From Ostreococcus lucimarinus (lineage: Eukaryota), in the NCBI GenBank assembly GCA_000092065.1, contig CP000600.1: DNA of 64,000 nt; one strand, 5' to 3'. The position numbers and the translations under genes are program-made. Positions 48,388 through 57,748 of the stretch are shown here, piece after piece. The notes beneath the pieces are model-generated. The model did not search any database, had not been told where the DNA came from, and worked only from the letters and a program-made list of their open reading frames with translations. Numbering within the stretch: the first letter of the stretch is position 1; each line of letters starts with the position of its first letter.

Positions 48388-49236
48388 CTAAACGGGCGCG
48401 CTCGACGTCAGTTCTTCGAGCAAGCGCTCGACGTCGACGCGGTCGAGCACGAGCTTCACGCCGACCTGCGCGGCGAGCTGCTCGCGAAGGAACGAGATCG
48501 ATCCTTTCCATTCGATCTCGTCGTCCCGCGTCGCGACGAAAGCCGCGGCGACGCATTCGGCTTGCGATTCGGACGCTTCCCCGTCCGCGGATCGCGACCC
48601 GCGTCTAATAATACCGAGTCGCTCGGGCGAGATGGAGTCCCCGCTTTCGTCGGCGTGCGGCGCCGGCTCGAAGGCGTCGAGAGACTCGCCTTCGATCTCG
48701 CCGCCTTCGATCTCGCCGACGTCCTCGGGCGGCGACTCGTCGATCGAAGATTCCCCGCGATGGACCTCGAACAGCGAATACACGCTCTCCGAAACCCCAT
48801 CACCGTCGTCGCCGTCGTCCTCGATCGCGTCGTCGACGACGCCGCGCGCGCGTTCCGGGCTCTCCGCGCCCACCATCGCGCGCTCCGCGCTCGTCACGTC
48901 GACGCGATACTTTCGCGTCAGCATCGGCGGCGCGTCCGCGCGCTCGTTTCTTCTCGCCACGGCGCCCACGCCGTCGGGCGCGAACGTCAATCGCTCCATG
49001 ATCGCCGATCCATCGACTCGTTTCATCGGATACGCGCGCGCGATGCGCAATCGAACCTCCGCCGTCTTCGTCTCGTCGTCGCCCTTCTCGTCGTCGTCGT
49101 CGCGCAGCACCTCCAGCGGTTTCACGGTCACCGCACGCCTCGACGTCGCCAGCACCAACCCCGCCCAATCTTTATCGTGCTTCCGCATCGACCCCGCGAC
49201 GAGGACGACGCAGTAATGCCGCGATCGCGCGTTCAT
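48388..49236 (-). CDS. hypothetical protein (acidic C-half)
   Basis: 282 aa from ATG 49236 (MNARSRHYCVVLVAG...). Non-repetitive N-half. Asp/Glu-rich C-half. No family recognised. Confidence 0.4.
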   Translation of the reverse strand: MNARSRHYCVVLVAGSMRKHDKDWAGLVLATSRRAVTVKPLEVLRDDDDEKGDDETKTAEVRLRIARAYPMKRVDGSAIMERLTFAPDGVGAVARRNERADAPPMLTRKYRVDVTSAERAMVGAESPERARGVVDDAIEDDGDDGDGVSESVYSLFEVHRGESSIDESPPEDVGEIEGGEIEGESLDAFEPAPHADESGDSISPERLGIIRRGSRSADGEASESQAECVAAAFVATRDDEIEWKGSISFLREQLAAQVGVKLVLDRVDVERLLEELTSSAPV

Positions 49237-49481
49237 CGGGTACGCCGCGCGCGCGTCTGCGCTCGGCGGCGGCGACGCCGCGCGCGCGGTGAGTCCGAGC
49301 GTCCGCGAGTCCGCGCTCGCGCGCCGCGCGTCGACGCACCGTCGAGGAGTCGCGCGCGATGCGCGCGCAGGGACGAGGACGACGCCGCGTCGCCGTCGCG
49401 TCGCGTCGTCGGCGCCGACCCACGCATGGTCGTCTCGCGCGCGCGAGTGCGCTTCGCGACGCCATCGCGCGACGCGCGGCC

Positions 49482-49765
49482 ATGGCCAAGGGCGCGACCA
49501 AGGCGGGCGCGATCCTCGTCAAGCTCGTCAGCGCCGCGCGCACGGGATTCTTCTACGTCAAGCGCAAGAACCCGAAGAAGACGCCGAGGAAGCTCGAGTT
49601 CGTCAAGTACGACCCCAGGGTGCGACGACGACGCGACGGCGTCGCGACGCGAACGCGAGAGCCGTGTAGCGCGGTGACTGACGACGACGCCGCGAAACGC
49701 GGGACGTCGCGCGCGCGCAGGTTCGACGGCACGTGCTGTTCACGGAGACGAAGATTAACAAGTGA
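49482..49765 (+). CDS. RPL33: organellar (bacterial-type) ribosomal protein bL33, 2 exons
   Basis: Exons 49482..49619 and 49721..49765. The spliced product [46 protein letters not shown]|[14 protein letters not shown] (60 aa) is collinear with bL33 (..KL.S.A.TGFFY..KN....KLE.KKYDPVVRQHV...E.KIK). The 101-nt intron has GTGCGA ... GTGACTGACG ... CGCGCAG. Confidence 0.8.
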
Positions 49766-49899
49766 GCGCGCCGAGCGACGACGACGACGACGCGAACGGG
49801 ATCCGTCGCGAACGCGCGCGCGTCGACGACGCGACCGCGAGCGCGTGTATGAATAACTAACGGAGAAATGAAATCGATCGACGAACGACGAACTTGGCG

Positions 49900-50415
49900 T
49901 CACGCGAATTTGACGCCGTCGTCGCCGAAAATCGCGCACCCGGGCGGACGCGCGTCTCGCCGGCGCTCCGCGACGGCGCGCGCGCGCTCGCGATCCGTCC
50001 CGAGCGCCGACGCGAGCTCGTCCATCGTGCACACCTTCCCGCTCAATCCGTACTCTTCGACGCGCGTCGTCAGCGCGTCGTCCAACGCGGCGAGATCGCG
50101 CGCGTCGACGACGCGCGCGCGCGTCGACGCGTCGTCCAACCACCTCGCGTCTCCCGACGCCACCAGCGCGTCGATCACCGCGCGTCGCGCGTCCAGCGGC
50201 AGCGCGCGCGCGAGCGTCGCGTTCACGAACGCGTCCTCGACGTCCGCGCGCACGATGGGGCTCGCGCGGCGCTTCACCGCGCTGTTTTCGCGCGTCCCGA
50301 CGGCCGTCGCGTCGGCGTCAGTCGCCTCGTGCGTCGCGATTCGCGCCTCGATTCGCGCGTCGCGCGCGCGCACCGCTTCAAGAGTTCGCCCCACATCGCG
50401 CGCTGCGCGCGCCAC
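49900..50415 (-). CDS. hypothetical protein
   Basis: 171-aa ORF with non-repetitive composition (..VEEYGLSGKVCTMDELASALG..). No family recognised. It could be spurious given the GC-rich background. Confidence 0.3.
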   Translation of the reverse strand: MARAARDVGRTLEAVRARDARIEARIATHEATDADATAVGTRENSAVKRRASPIVRADVEDAFVNATLARALPLDARRAVIDALVASGDARWLDDASTRARVVDARDLAALDDALTTRVEEYGLSGKVCTMDELASALGTDRERARAVAERRRDARPPGCAIFGDDGVKFA

Positions 50416-50509
50416 GCCTGTTCGCGCGGCTGTCGCGTGTACGACGGCGCGTACGCCGCGAACGCGTCGAGCGCGTCATCCATCGCGCGTCCGCACAGTG
50501 ACGCGCGCG

Positions 50510-51896
50510 ATGCCCGCGACGGCGACGCGCGTCGCGGACGCGCGCGCACGGGCGAACGCCACCGTCGCGCGCCGCGTCCGCGCGCCGCGTGCGGCGCGCG
50601 GGGCGACGCGCGCGCGCGCGACGCGCGAACTGCTCGACCTCGCCGCGCTCGTCGACGTCGTCCCGAGCGACCTCGCGCTGAGCGACGCCGAGGAGGCGCT
50701 GGGGAAGTGCGCGTTCGCGGCGCTGAGCGCGTCGAGCGCGGCGTTCGCGGGCAAGGTGCGGACGCGCGCGACGACGACGCGCGAGCGACGAGGGACGGGA
50801 CGCGCGACGACGGCGCGCGAGGGTTATGCGCGCGAGACGACGAGACGACGAGACGACGACGCGCGATGAAGACGCGAGCGACGCGCGACGACGACGGGAA
50901 AAGACGATAAAAAATACGCGAGACTGACGGGAACGAACGCGCGGCGATGGGCGCGCGCAGGCGATTTTTACGGATGAGAAACGCGCGGGACGGGGCGAAC
51001 AGATTGGAATGTACGTCGGGAACGCGTCGCTGTTCGGACTGCTCGCGGCGCGGTGGATCGAGAGCGGACACTTTCCGCTGAGTAATATGTACGAGTCGCT
51101 GTTGTTTCTGGCGTGGGGGATCACGGCGGTGCACCTGGTGGTGACGGAGCGCGACGGGTTCTCGGAGAGCGCGATTCCGGGGGCGCTCGCGGGACCGACG
51201 GCGGCGCTCACGGTGGCCGGGGCGACGTTAGCGCTGCCGGCGGAGCTGCAGCGCGCCACCGCGCTCGTGCCGGCGTTGAAGAGTAATTGGTTGATGATGC
51301 ACGTGAGCGTGATGATGCTGAGTTACGCCACGTTACTCGTCGGTTCGTTGTCGTGCGTGTCGTATTTAGTCGTCGACGCGTCTCAGGATTGGGCCGCGGC
51401 GAAGGGGGCGCTGGAGAAGCTCGATAAGATGGTGTCCAACGACGGCGAGCGCGTGAGAAATAGGCCAAAAGTGAGCGTCGCCGCCGACGGCGAAACCGTG
51501 GCGGTGGAGACGATGAACGCGAGCGAGGATTACGGCGGCGAGCTCGCCATCGAGGCGACGCGCGACGGCGAACGCATCCTCACCGAGATGGACAACTTGG
51601 CCTACCGTTGCTTGGGCGCCGGTTTCACTTTGCTCACCGCGGGTTTGGTTTCCGGCGCGGTGTGGGCCAACGAAGCCTGGGGTTCGTACTGGTCCTGGGA
51701 TCCGAAGGAGACGTGGGCGCTCATCACCTGGCTCGTGTACGCCACGTATTTGCACTCGCGTCTCGTCGCCGGTTGGAGTAAAAAGGACTCGTGCGCCGTC
51801 GGTGCCGCGGGCTTTTTGGTCGTTTGGGTGTGCTACGTCGGCGTCAACCTCTGGGGCGTCGGCTTACACTCGTACGGTTGGTTCGCCAACAAGTAA
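50510..51896 (+). CDS. ccsA: cytochrome c-type biogenesis protein CcsA (System II heme-handling WWD protein), nuclear-encoded, 2 exons
   Basis: Exon 2 (50961..51896) is collinear with Chlamydomonas plastid CcsA: ARWIESGHFPLSNMYESLLFLAW, ATALVPALKSNWLMMHVSVMMLSYATLLVGSL, and the WWD heme-binding box GAVWANEAWGSYWSWDPKETWALITWLVYATYLHSR, with conserved His residues. Exon 1 (50510..50755) encodes an Ala/Arg/Thr-rich presequence (MPATATRVADARARANATVARR...). The 205-nt intron has GTGCGG ... GAGACTGACG ... CGCGCAG. The frame is open and continuous across the junction (..AFAGK|AIFTDEKRAGRGEQIGMYVGN..). Confidence 0.75.
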
Positions 51897-52134
51897 AAAA
51901 GTGAGCGGTCTGCTCGCGCGCCGCCACCACCCCGCGGCGCACGAGACCCACCCGATCGCATCATCATCATCATTGTTATTTTTTATATGTTTTCCTCGCG
52001 ATTATCAGCATCAGCATTGTCAATACGACGAACCGTTTAGTTTGCGCCGAGTCCTTCGCCGCCGCGCGCGTTCGCGTGACCCCCAGAGCGCGCCTCGCGC
52101 GTCTCTCGACCCCTCGTCCGCGCGTTCGAGCGTC

Positions 52135-53088
52135 ATGCCAGTCATAGCCATCACCCTCACCGTCGTCAGCGCGTGCGCGATCAACGTCGGCAAGGGAATC
52201 CAGAAAAAAGCGTCCAAATCGCTCCCGAAGCTCAGCCTCGCGTCGCTCCGTTCGTACCTGACGGACCCGAATTGGCGCCGCGGGTTGGAGTTGGACGTCA
52301 TCGGCGGCGCGGGAATGCTGCTCGCGCTGTCCATCGCGCCGATGAGCGTGGTGCAGCCCGCGAGCGCGAGCGGGGTGGCGATTTTAGCCGTGGTGAGTCA
52401 CGCGTACTTGGGAGAGAGCCTGACGCTGCGCGAGTGGAAGGGCGTCGCGTCGTGCGGGTTCGGCATCGCGGTGCTGTCGAAATTCGCTCGAGGCGGCGGT
52501 GAAACGCGCGCACTGGGAGCGTTTAGATTGATGGTGGCGATCGGCCTCGGATTCGCGTGCCTGGCGACGCCGAGCGTGATCTCGCACAGGTTTAGAAGCG
52601 GCGCGTCGGCGTCGGCGGCGAAGCGATACGAGTTAATAAAAATCGGTGCGCAGTGCGGGACGTGCTTCGCGCTGAGCGCGTTCAGCGTGAAAGCAGCGAT
52701 GGGATTCTTATACGCGTGGCGGTTGTTCAGCGCCCCGATCGCGTTCGGCGTGAGCGGGACGTTGACGGCGATGGGGCTGTACTTTCAAACAGCCGGCTTC
52801 AGAGAGGCGGGCGACGTCTCCATCGTCGTCGTCTGCGTCGCCGGAAACGTCGCGCAGATGTTCGTCGCCGCGCTGTACGGTCTCATCATTCTCAGCGAAC
52901 CGCTGCCGGAGACCATTCCAGCGTTCATCGGCTGGATCATGTCGTGGGTGTTCATCACGTACGGCGTCGTCGCGCTCTCCGGCGCCGACTCCGCGTCTTC
53001 GTTGGTCAAGGCGCGCGAAGTTCGCGGGGCGCCCATCTTACCCACCGCCATCGGTCCCGGCGCGATGCCGCCTTTCAAAACCAATTAG
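52135..53088 (+). CDS. NIPA-like magnesium transporter (DUF803)
   Basis: N-terminal IAITLTVVSACAINVGKGIQKKA matches the NIPA TM1 signature (SSSIFIGSSFILKKKG). About 9 TM helices. ATG at 52135. Confidence 0.65.
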   Translation: MPVIAITLTVVSACAINVGKGIQKKASKSLPKLSLASLRSYLTDPNWRRGLELDVIGGAGMLLALSIAPMSVVQPASASGVAILAVVSHAYLGESLTLREWKGVASCGFGIAVLSKFARGGGETRALGAFRLMVAIGLGFACLATPSVISHRFRSGASASAAKRYELIKIGAQCGTCFALSAFSVKAAMGFLYAWRLFSAPIAFGVSGTLTAMGLYFQTAGFREAGDVSIVVVCVAGNVAQMFVAALYGLIILSEPLPETIPAFIGWIMSWVFITYGVVALSGADSASSLVKAREVRGAPILPTAIGPGAMPPFKTN

Positions 53089-53222
53089 CCCTGTACAGTT
53101 GTAGTGTTGAGCGAGCGGCTCTCAGCTCTTTTCGCTCGCGCGGCGCGTCCAACCGTCGTCGCGCGCGCGCGCTCCCGCACACGCCGTCGCGTCGCGTCGC
53201 GTCGACGCGCCGCGCGAGCGCG

Positions 53223-55433
53223 ATGTCGAAGGCGTGGCTCGATCACGATAAACTCTCGGCGACGGCGGCGGCGATGGGCGCGAAGCTCAAGGCGCAGGCG
53301 TCGGCGACGGTGCGCGAGCTCGTCGACACGAACGCGGTCGAGCGCGGCGTCGCGACGACGACGACGCGCGCGGACGACGCGATGGACGCCGACCCGCGCG
53401 CGCGCGAATTGACCGAGCTCACCGAGCTGCTGCAAGCGAAGGACGAGGAACTGATGGCGCTGAAGGATGCGCTGCGGCGCGTCGCCGAGGACGGCGGCGG
53501 CGGCGGCGGCGGCGCGACTCGACGCGACGCGGCGCTCGCGACGGGCGCGGTCGAGGGATACGAAAAAGAGATGAAGAAATTACGGGACGGTAAGGCGTGG
53601 GCGGAGGAGGAGGCGAAAGCGTTCGAGAAGGAGTGCGACGAGGCGCGCGCCGAGGCGAGCGAGGCGACGAGGAAGCTCGAGGCGTTGGAGAAGGAACTGG
53701 AACGGGCGCAGAAAGGGGAACGGGTCGAGAGCGAGGCGCGCATACCGAGTGATGGGAACGGTGACGACAACGCGGCGTCGCGTGAGGCGCTGGAATCGAT
53801 GACGAAGGAACGCGACGACGCCGTGGAGAAAGCGCAAAGCATGAAAACCGTAAACGACGGCGTCTTGCAGCAACTGAAGAGCATGAAAGGCGTAAATGAG
53901 ACGCTTCAAAAACAACTCAAAGAGTACGCCGAGCTCGTACCAACGATTCGGAAGGCACTGGATGACGCTCGAGCGGAGACGGCCGAATTGGCCGAGAGTT
54001 TGGCGAGCGCGCGCAAAGAAGCCGAAGACGCGACGACGGCGGTGTCTGATTCGCAAGCCTTGAAGAAGACAAACGAGGCGCTGGAAAGAAGACAAAAGAG
54101 CCTGGAAAACGAGATCGTGGTACTCAAGAATAAAATAGAGAATAGCAAACAGGTGCAGTCTGACGTCGAGGCGGCGAAGGAACGTGTGAGCGCTGGCGCG
54201 TTGAAGAAATCGCTCGCGGCGACGGAGGAGAAACTCGCGGCGGCGAACGCTCAAATCAAGACGTTAAGGACGGATTTATCAGTCAAACATAGCGAATCGA
54301 ACGCACTTGCTGAGTCGAAAGAAAAGGGTGAGTCGGAACTACGACGTCTTCGAGAAGAGTTGAAGTCGCTCACCGGCGCCGTCGCCGAGCGAAACGTCGC
54401 TATGACGGAACTCGCAGAACTTCGCACGGAGCTTGCGGACGCCAAGCGTTCGCTTGAAACGAGCTCATTTGCCGGTTCGAGTATAGAAGACGTCACGTCG
54501 GCGCGCGATAAGGCTGAAAGCGAGCTCTTGACGATGGCGCGTCGCGTCGCGAAGCTTGAGCAACAGTTGTTGGATGCGCAGCGCGCGCAAGACGACGCGA
54601 TGGCGGACGTTGCGAGTAAAGTTGATCAATCGGTGAGAAATGACCGAGACGAGATCGAAAAGTTGAAATCACGCTGCGATGAACTCGAGTCGGCTCGCGA
54701 CGACGCTGTGAAACGTGTGGAGAGCTTATCCGCCGAGGCCAGCGCGTCTCGATCAGCCTTAGCTGAGGCGCAAAAAATCGCCGCTGAAGCCGAAAGTGTT
54801 CGTGCGGAGCTCAATTCCAGAATTGAAGCGGCAGAAATACGCATCATGAACGCAAATGCCCTCGCAGATGCGTCGAAAAATGCGTTAGAGGAGTACAAAC
54901 GCAAATCTACCGAGTCCACTCGAGCGGTGCAAGACGCGCTTCGATCCGAGCGTGACGCCGCGATGACGGCTGCTTCGGCGGCGGAGCGCGATCGCGACGC
55001 GTGGAGTGAAAAGTGCACCGAAGCTCGCGATACGCTCGACAGATGGCGCGAAAAAGCACGCAAGCTAATGGCTGACAAGGATGCCGAACTCGAACTCGCC
55101 CGCGGCGCCGCGGCGCCGTTACGATCAAAGTCTAGACTCTTCGACGACGACGCCGACGATGGGTCAGACGATGCCAAAGTCGAATCTCCATCCATCGCAG
55201 ATGCGAGCAAGCCCGCTCGAGTCGACGACGTTCACGCCGAGTATCTCGCCGCCGTCGTCAAACGCTTCTTGTTGCTGCCGTACGACGCCTACGATCGTGG
55301 CGATGCCCTCGTGCCCGTCATTTGCACCATCCTCGGGTTCGGCAAAGAGGATGAATTTCGTATTCGCGCACACCGCGCTTCTCAGCGCGTCAAGTCATCC
55401 TCTTCCAAGTTTCTCGGCGGCGTCTTCGGTTAG
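53223..55433 (+). CDS. GRIP-domain golgin (trans-Golgi coiled-coil protein)
   Basis: About 650 aa of continuous coiled-coil (Glu/Lys/Ala/Leu-rich heptads). C-terminal GRIP domain HAEYLAAVVKRFLLLPYDAYDRGDALVPVICTILGFGKEDEFRI, with the conserved Tyr. ATG at 53223. Confidence 0.7.
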   Translation: MSKAWLDHDKLSATAAAMGAKLKAQASATVRELVDTNAVERGVATTTTRADDAMDADPRARELTELTELLQAKDEELMALKDALRRVAEDGGGGGGGATRRDAALATGAVEGYEKEMKKLRDGKAWAEEEAKAFEKECDEARAEASEATRKLEALEKELERAQKGERVESEARIPSDGNGDDNAASREALESMTKERDDAVEKAQSMKTVNDGVLQQLKSMKGVNETLQKQLKEYAELVPTIRKALDDARAETAELAESLASARKEAEDATTAVSDSQALKKTNEALERRQKSLENEIVVLKNKIENSKQVQSDVEAAKERVSAGALKKSLAATEEKLAAANAQIKTLRTDLSVKHSESNALAESKEKGESELRRLREELKSLTGAVAERNVAMTELAELRTELADAKRSLETSSFAGSSIEDVTSARDKAESELLTMARRVAKLEQQLLDAQRAQDDAMADVASKVDQSVRNDRDEIEKLKSRCDELESARDDAVKRVESLSAEASASRSALAEAQKIAAEAESVRAELNSRIEAAEIRIMNANALADASKNALEEYKRKSTESTRAVQDALRSERDAAMTAASAAERDRDAWSEKCTEARDTLDRWREKARKLMADKDAELELARGAAAPLRSKSRLFDDDADDGSDDAKVESPSIADASKPARVDDVHAEYLAAVVKRFLLLPYDAYDRGDALVPVICTILGFGKEDEFRIRAHRASQRVKSSSSKFLGGVFG

Positions 55434-55520
55434 CGACGTCGTCGTTCGGCTCGCGCGTAGCGTTGTCGTCCCAGTCACCTCACTCTCTCGCGCAGCTTTC
55501 GAAACATCGCGCGTCCAGCG

Positions 55521-56441
55521 ATGTCGTTCAAAACATTCACGACGACACCCTCGCGCGCGCACGGCGCGACGGCGCGCGCGACGGCGTCGTCGACGCGAAT
55601 TGGACAAAAAAGTGCACGACCGGCGGCGGCTCGAAATCGCGGTGCCACGCGCGCGCACGCGCGCGATGACGCGCCCGCGAGCGAAGGACGCACCGTGGAC
55701 GCTCTGAATAAGCTCTCGTCGCTGTATGAAAGCGAAAGCGAACGAGACGAACGAATCCGGGCGACCCAACGCGAACGCGACGCCATGGAGGGACTGGGGT
55801 TAGCGGACGCGTTCAAGACGGCGAAGCGAGGAAGCAAAACGAGACGAGATTTCGCGCGAAAACGCACGTACGGCGTCACGCGAACGTCCTTTGGGGCGGT
55901 GGTTGAGCTTGGATGCGCGGCAGAAGTGGTGTACGGGTATTGGACCACGCCGGCGGCGTTGGCGGAGACGCTGCCGGAGCTGGAAAAGTGCGAGGCGGCG
56001 GCGGACGGCGGGCGGGCGCGGTGTGAGTGGGTGTACGCGTTCGGAGACATTAGGAAGAAACACGGAAGAACGGCGGTCGATGCGGTGGAGCGACATCTTT
56101 CGGTTGTGAAGGCGACGGAGTTGGAGGCGGGATCGAGCGTGCGATACGAAGCGACGGCTGGTATGCCCGTCGGCGCGGACATCGCGGTGACGTCCACGGG
56201 TGCGAATTCGTGCACTTTAGACATCGACGCGTGGGTGCACCTGCCCCTATCGCTCACGCACACGTCGGGAACGATGGCCGTGGCCCTGGACGTGCAAGAT
56301 AAGTTTTACCAAGCGTTGGCGGCGTTTAAGACGCTTTGCGACGAGGGCGACGCCGCGGCGCGACTGGAAGAAATCAAATCTAGCGCCCGCGACGCGTGCG
56401 CCGTCGGCGATCGACCGAATTTCCAGTTTCGAGGAAAGTAA
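55521..56441 (+). CDS. hypothetical plastid- or mitochondrion-targeted protein, possibly SRPBCC/Bet v1-like
   Basis: 306 aa. Ser/Thr/Arg-rich presequence-like N-terminus. Mixed alpha/beta C-domain. No confident family. Confidence 0.4.
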   Translation: MSFKTFTTTPSRAHGATARATASSTRIGQKSARPAAARNRGATRAHARDDAPASEGRTVDALNKLSSLYESESERDERIRATQRERDAMEGLGLADAFKTAKRGSKTRRDFARKRTYGVTRTSFGAVVELGCAAEVVYGYWTTPAALAETLPELEKCEAAADGGRARCEWVYAFGDIRKKHGRTAVDAVERHLSVVKATELEAGSSVRYEATAGMPVGADIAVTSTGANSCTLDIDAWVHLPLSLTHTSGTMAVALDVQDKFYQALAAFKTLCDEGDAAARLEEIKSSARDACAVGDRPNFQFRGK

Positions 56442-56628
56442 ATCATAGCCAACGAGCGTCGTCGTGTATCTGACAATTAGAGCTGTTTTGACTCGCGTTC
56501 GTCGCCGGGCGCGTTCGCCTCGTCTCGCAGCGCAGCGCACGCGCCGCCGCACACACGCGCGCGCGCTCCGCCTTCGTCCTCGCCGGCGACCGCGCGCGTC
56601 TTCACCGCACTCCTGTCCACCGCGAACG

Positions 56629-57732
56629 ATGTCCGCGCCCGCGCGCGCGTCGCACGCGTCGCCGCAACGCGTCTTTTCAAACGCCGCGTCGAAATTTCGC
56701 GCGCGTCAAACGCCGTCGAAATCCGCCCGCGCGCGCCGCGTTCGCGCGAAGGCGACGCACGATGATGCCCTTCGCAAGTCGCAAGCGCTCGAAGCGCTCG
56801 ATGCGTGCGTGACGGCGTCGGATTTGGGCACGGGGACGAAGTACGAGGGCAAGGTTCGGGACACGTACGTGACGGGCGACACGATGATCGCTGTGACGAC
56901 GGATCGACAGTCCGCGTTCGATCGACACTTGGCGTACATTCCTTTTAAGGGGGCGGTGCTGAATCAGACGAGCCAGTGGTGGTTTAAACAAACCGAACAC
57001 ATCGTGCCGAATGCGGTGGTGGCGACGCCGGATCCAAACGTGACGGTGATGCGAAGGTGCGAGGTGTTCCCGATCGAGTTCGTCGTTCGAGGATATCTCA
57101 CTGGAAGCACGTCGACGTCACTGTGGACGCATTATAAAACCGGGGGTAGGAATTATTGCGGAAACGCGCTGGACGATGGGATGGTGAAGAACCAAAAACT
57201 GCCGGCGAATATCGTGACGCCGACGACGAAGGAGAAGGAACATGACAGACCTATTTCGTTAGAAGATATAGTGAAGGAGGGGTGGATGAAGCAAGATGAT
57301 TTGGACTACTGCGTCGCTAAGACGCTGGAAGTTTTCGCTTACGCGCAAGAAGTCGCGGCGACGCGCGGGCTGATTCTGGTCGACACCAAGTATGAATTTG
57401 GCCGCGACGCCGACGGCACGATTCGACTCATCGATGAAATCAACACGCCAGATAGCTCGAGATACTGGTTGTCGAACTCGTACGTGGAGCGCCACGCTGC
57501 TGGTATGGAGCCCGACATGATCGATAAAGAGTTCTTGCGTTTGTGGTTCGCGGAGAGGTGCGATCCGTACAAGGACGAGACGCTTCCAGAAGCGCCGGCG
57601 GATCTCGTCGCCGAGCTCAGCTCGAGGTACGTCAAGCTTTACGAAATGATCACGGGAGAAACCTTCGATGTGCCACCCGCGGGTGTTGACGTGAACAAAC
57701 GCATGCGCGACGCATTGAAGGGAGTCATTTAA
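56629..57732 (+). CDS. PUR7: phosphoribosylaminoimidazole-succinocarboxamide (SAICAR) synthase
   Basis: SAICAR synthetase motifs GKVRDTY, LILVDTKYEFG and the conserved ATP-grasp-like core. Presequence-like N-terminus. ATG at 56629. Confidence 0.85.
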   Translation: MSAPARASHASPQRVFSNAASKFRARQTPSKSARARRVRAKATHDDALRKSQALEALDACVTASDLGTGTKYEGKVRDTYVTGDTMIAVTTDRQSAFDRHLAYIPFKGAVLNQTSQWWFKQTEHIVPNAVVATPDPNVTVMRRCEVFPIEFVVRGYLTGSTSTSLWTHYKTGGRNYCGNALDDGMVKNQKLPANIVTPTTKEKEHDRPISLEDIVKEGWMKQDDLDYCVAKTLEVFAYAQEVAATRGLILVDTKYEFGRDADGTIRLIDEINTPDSSRYWLSNSYVERHAAGMEPDMIDKEFLRLWFAERCDPYKDETLPEAPADLVAELSSRYVKLYEMITGETFDVPPAGVDVNKRMRDALKGVI

Positions 57733-57748
57733 TACAATCCTGTTCGTA

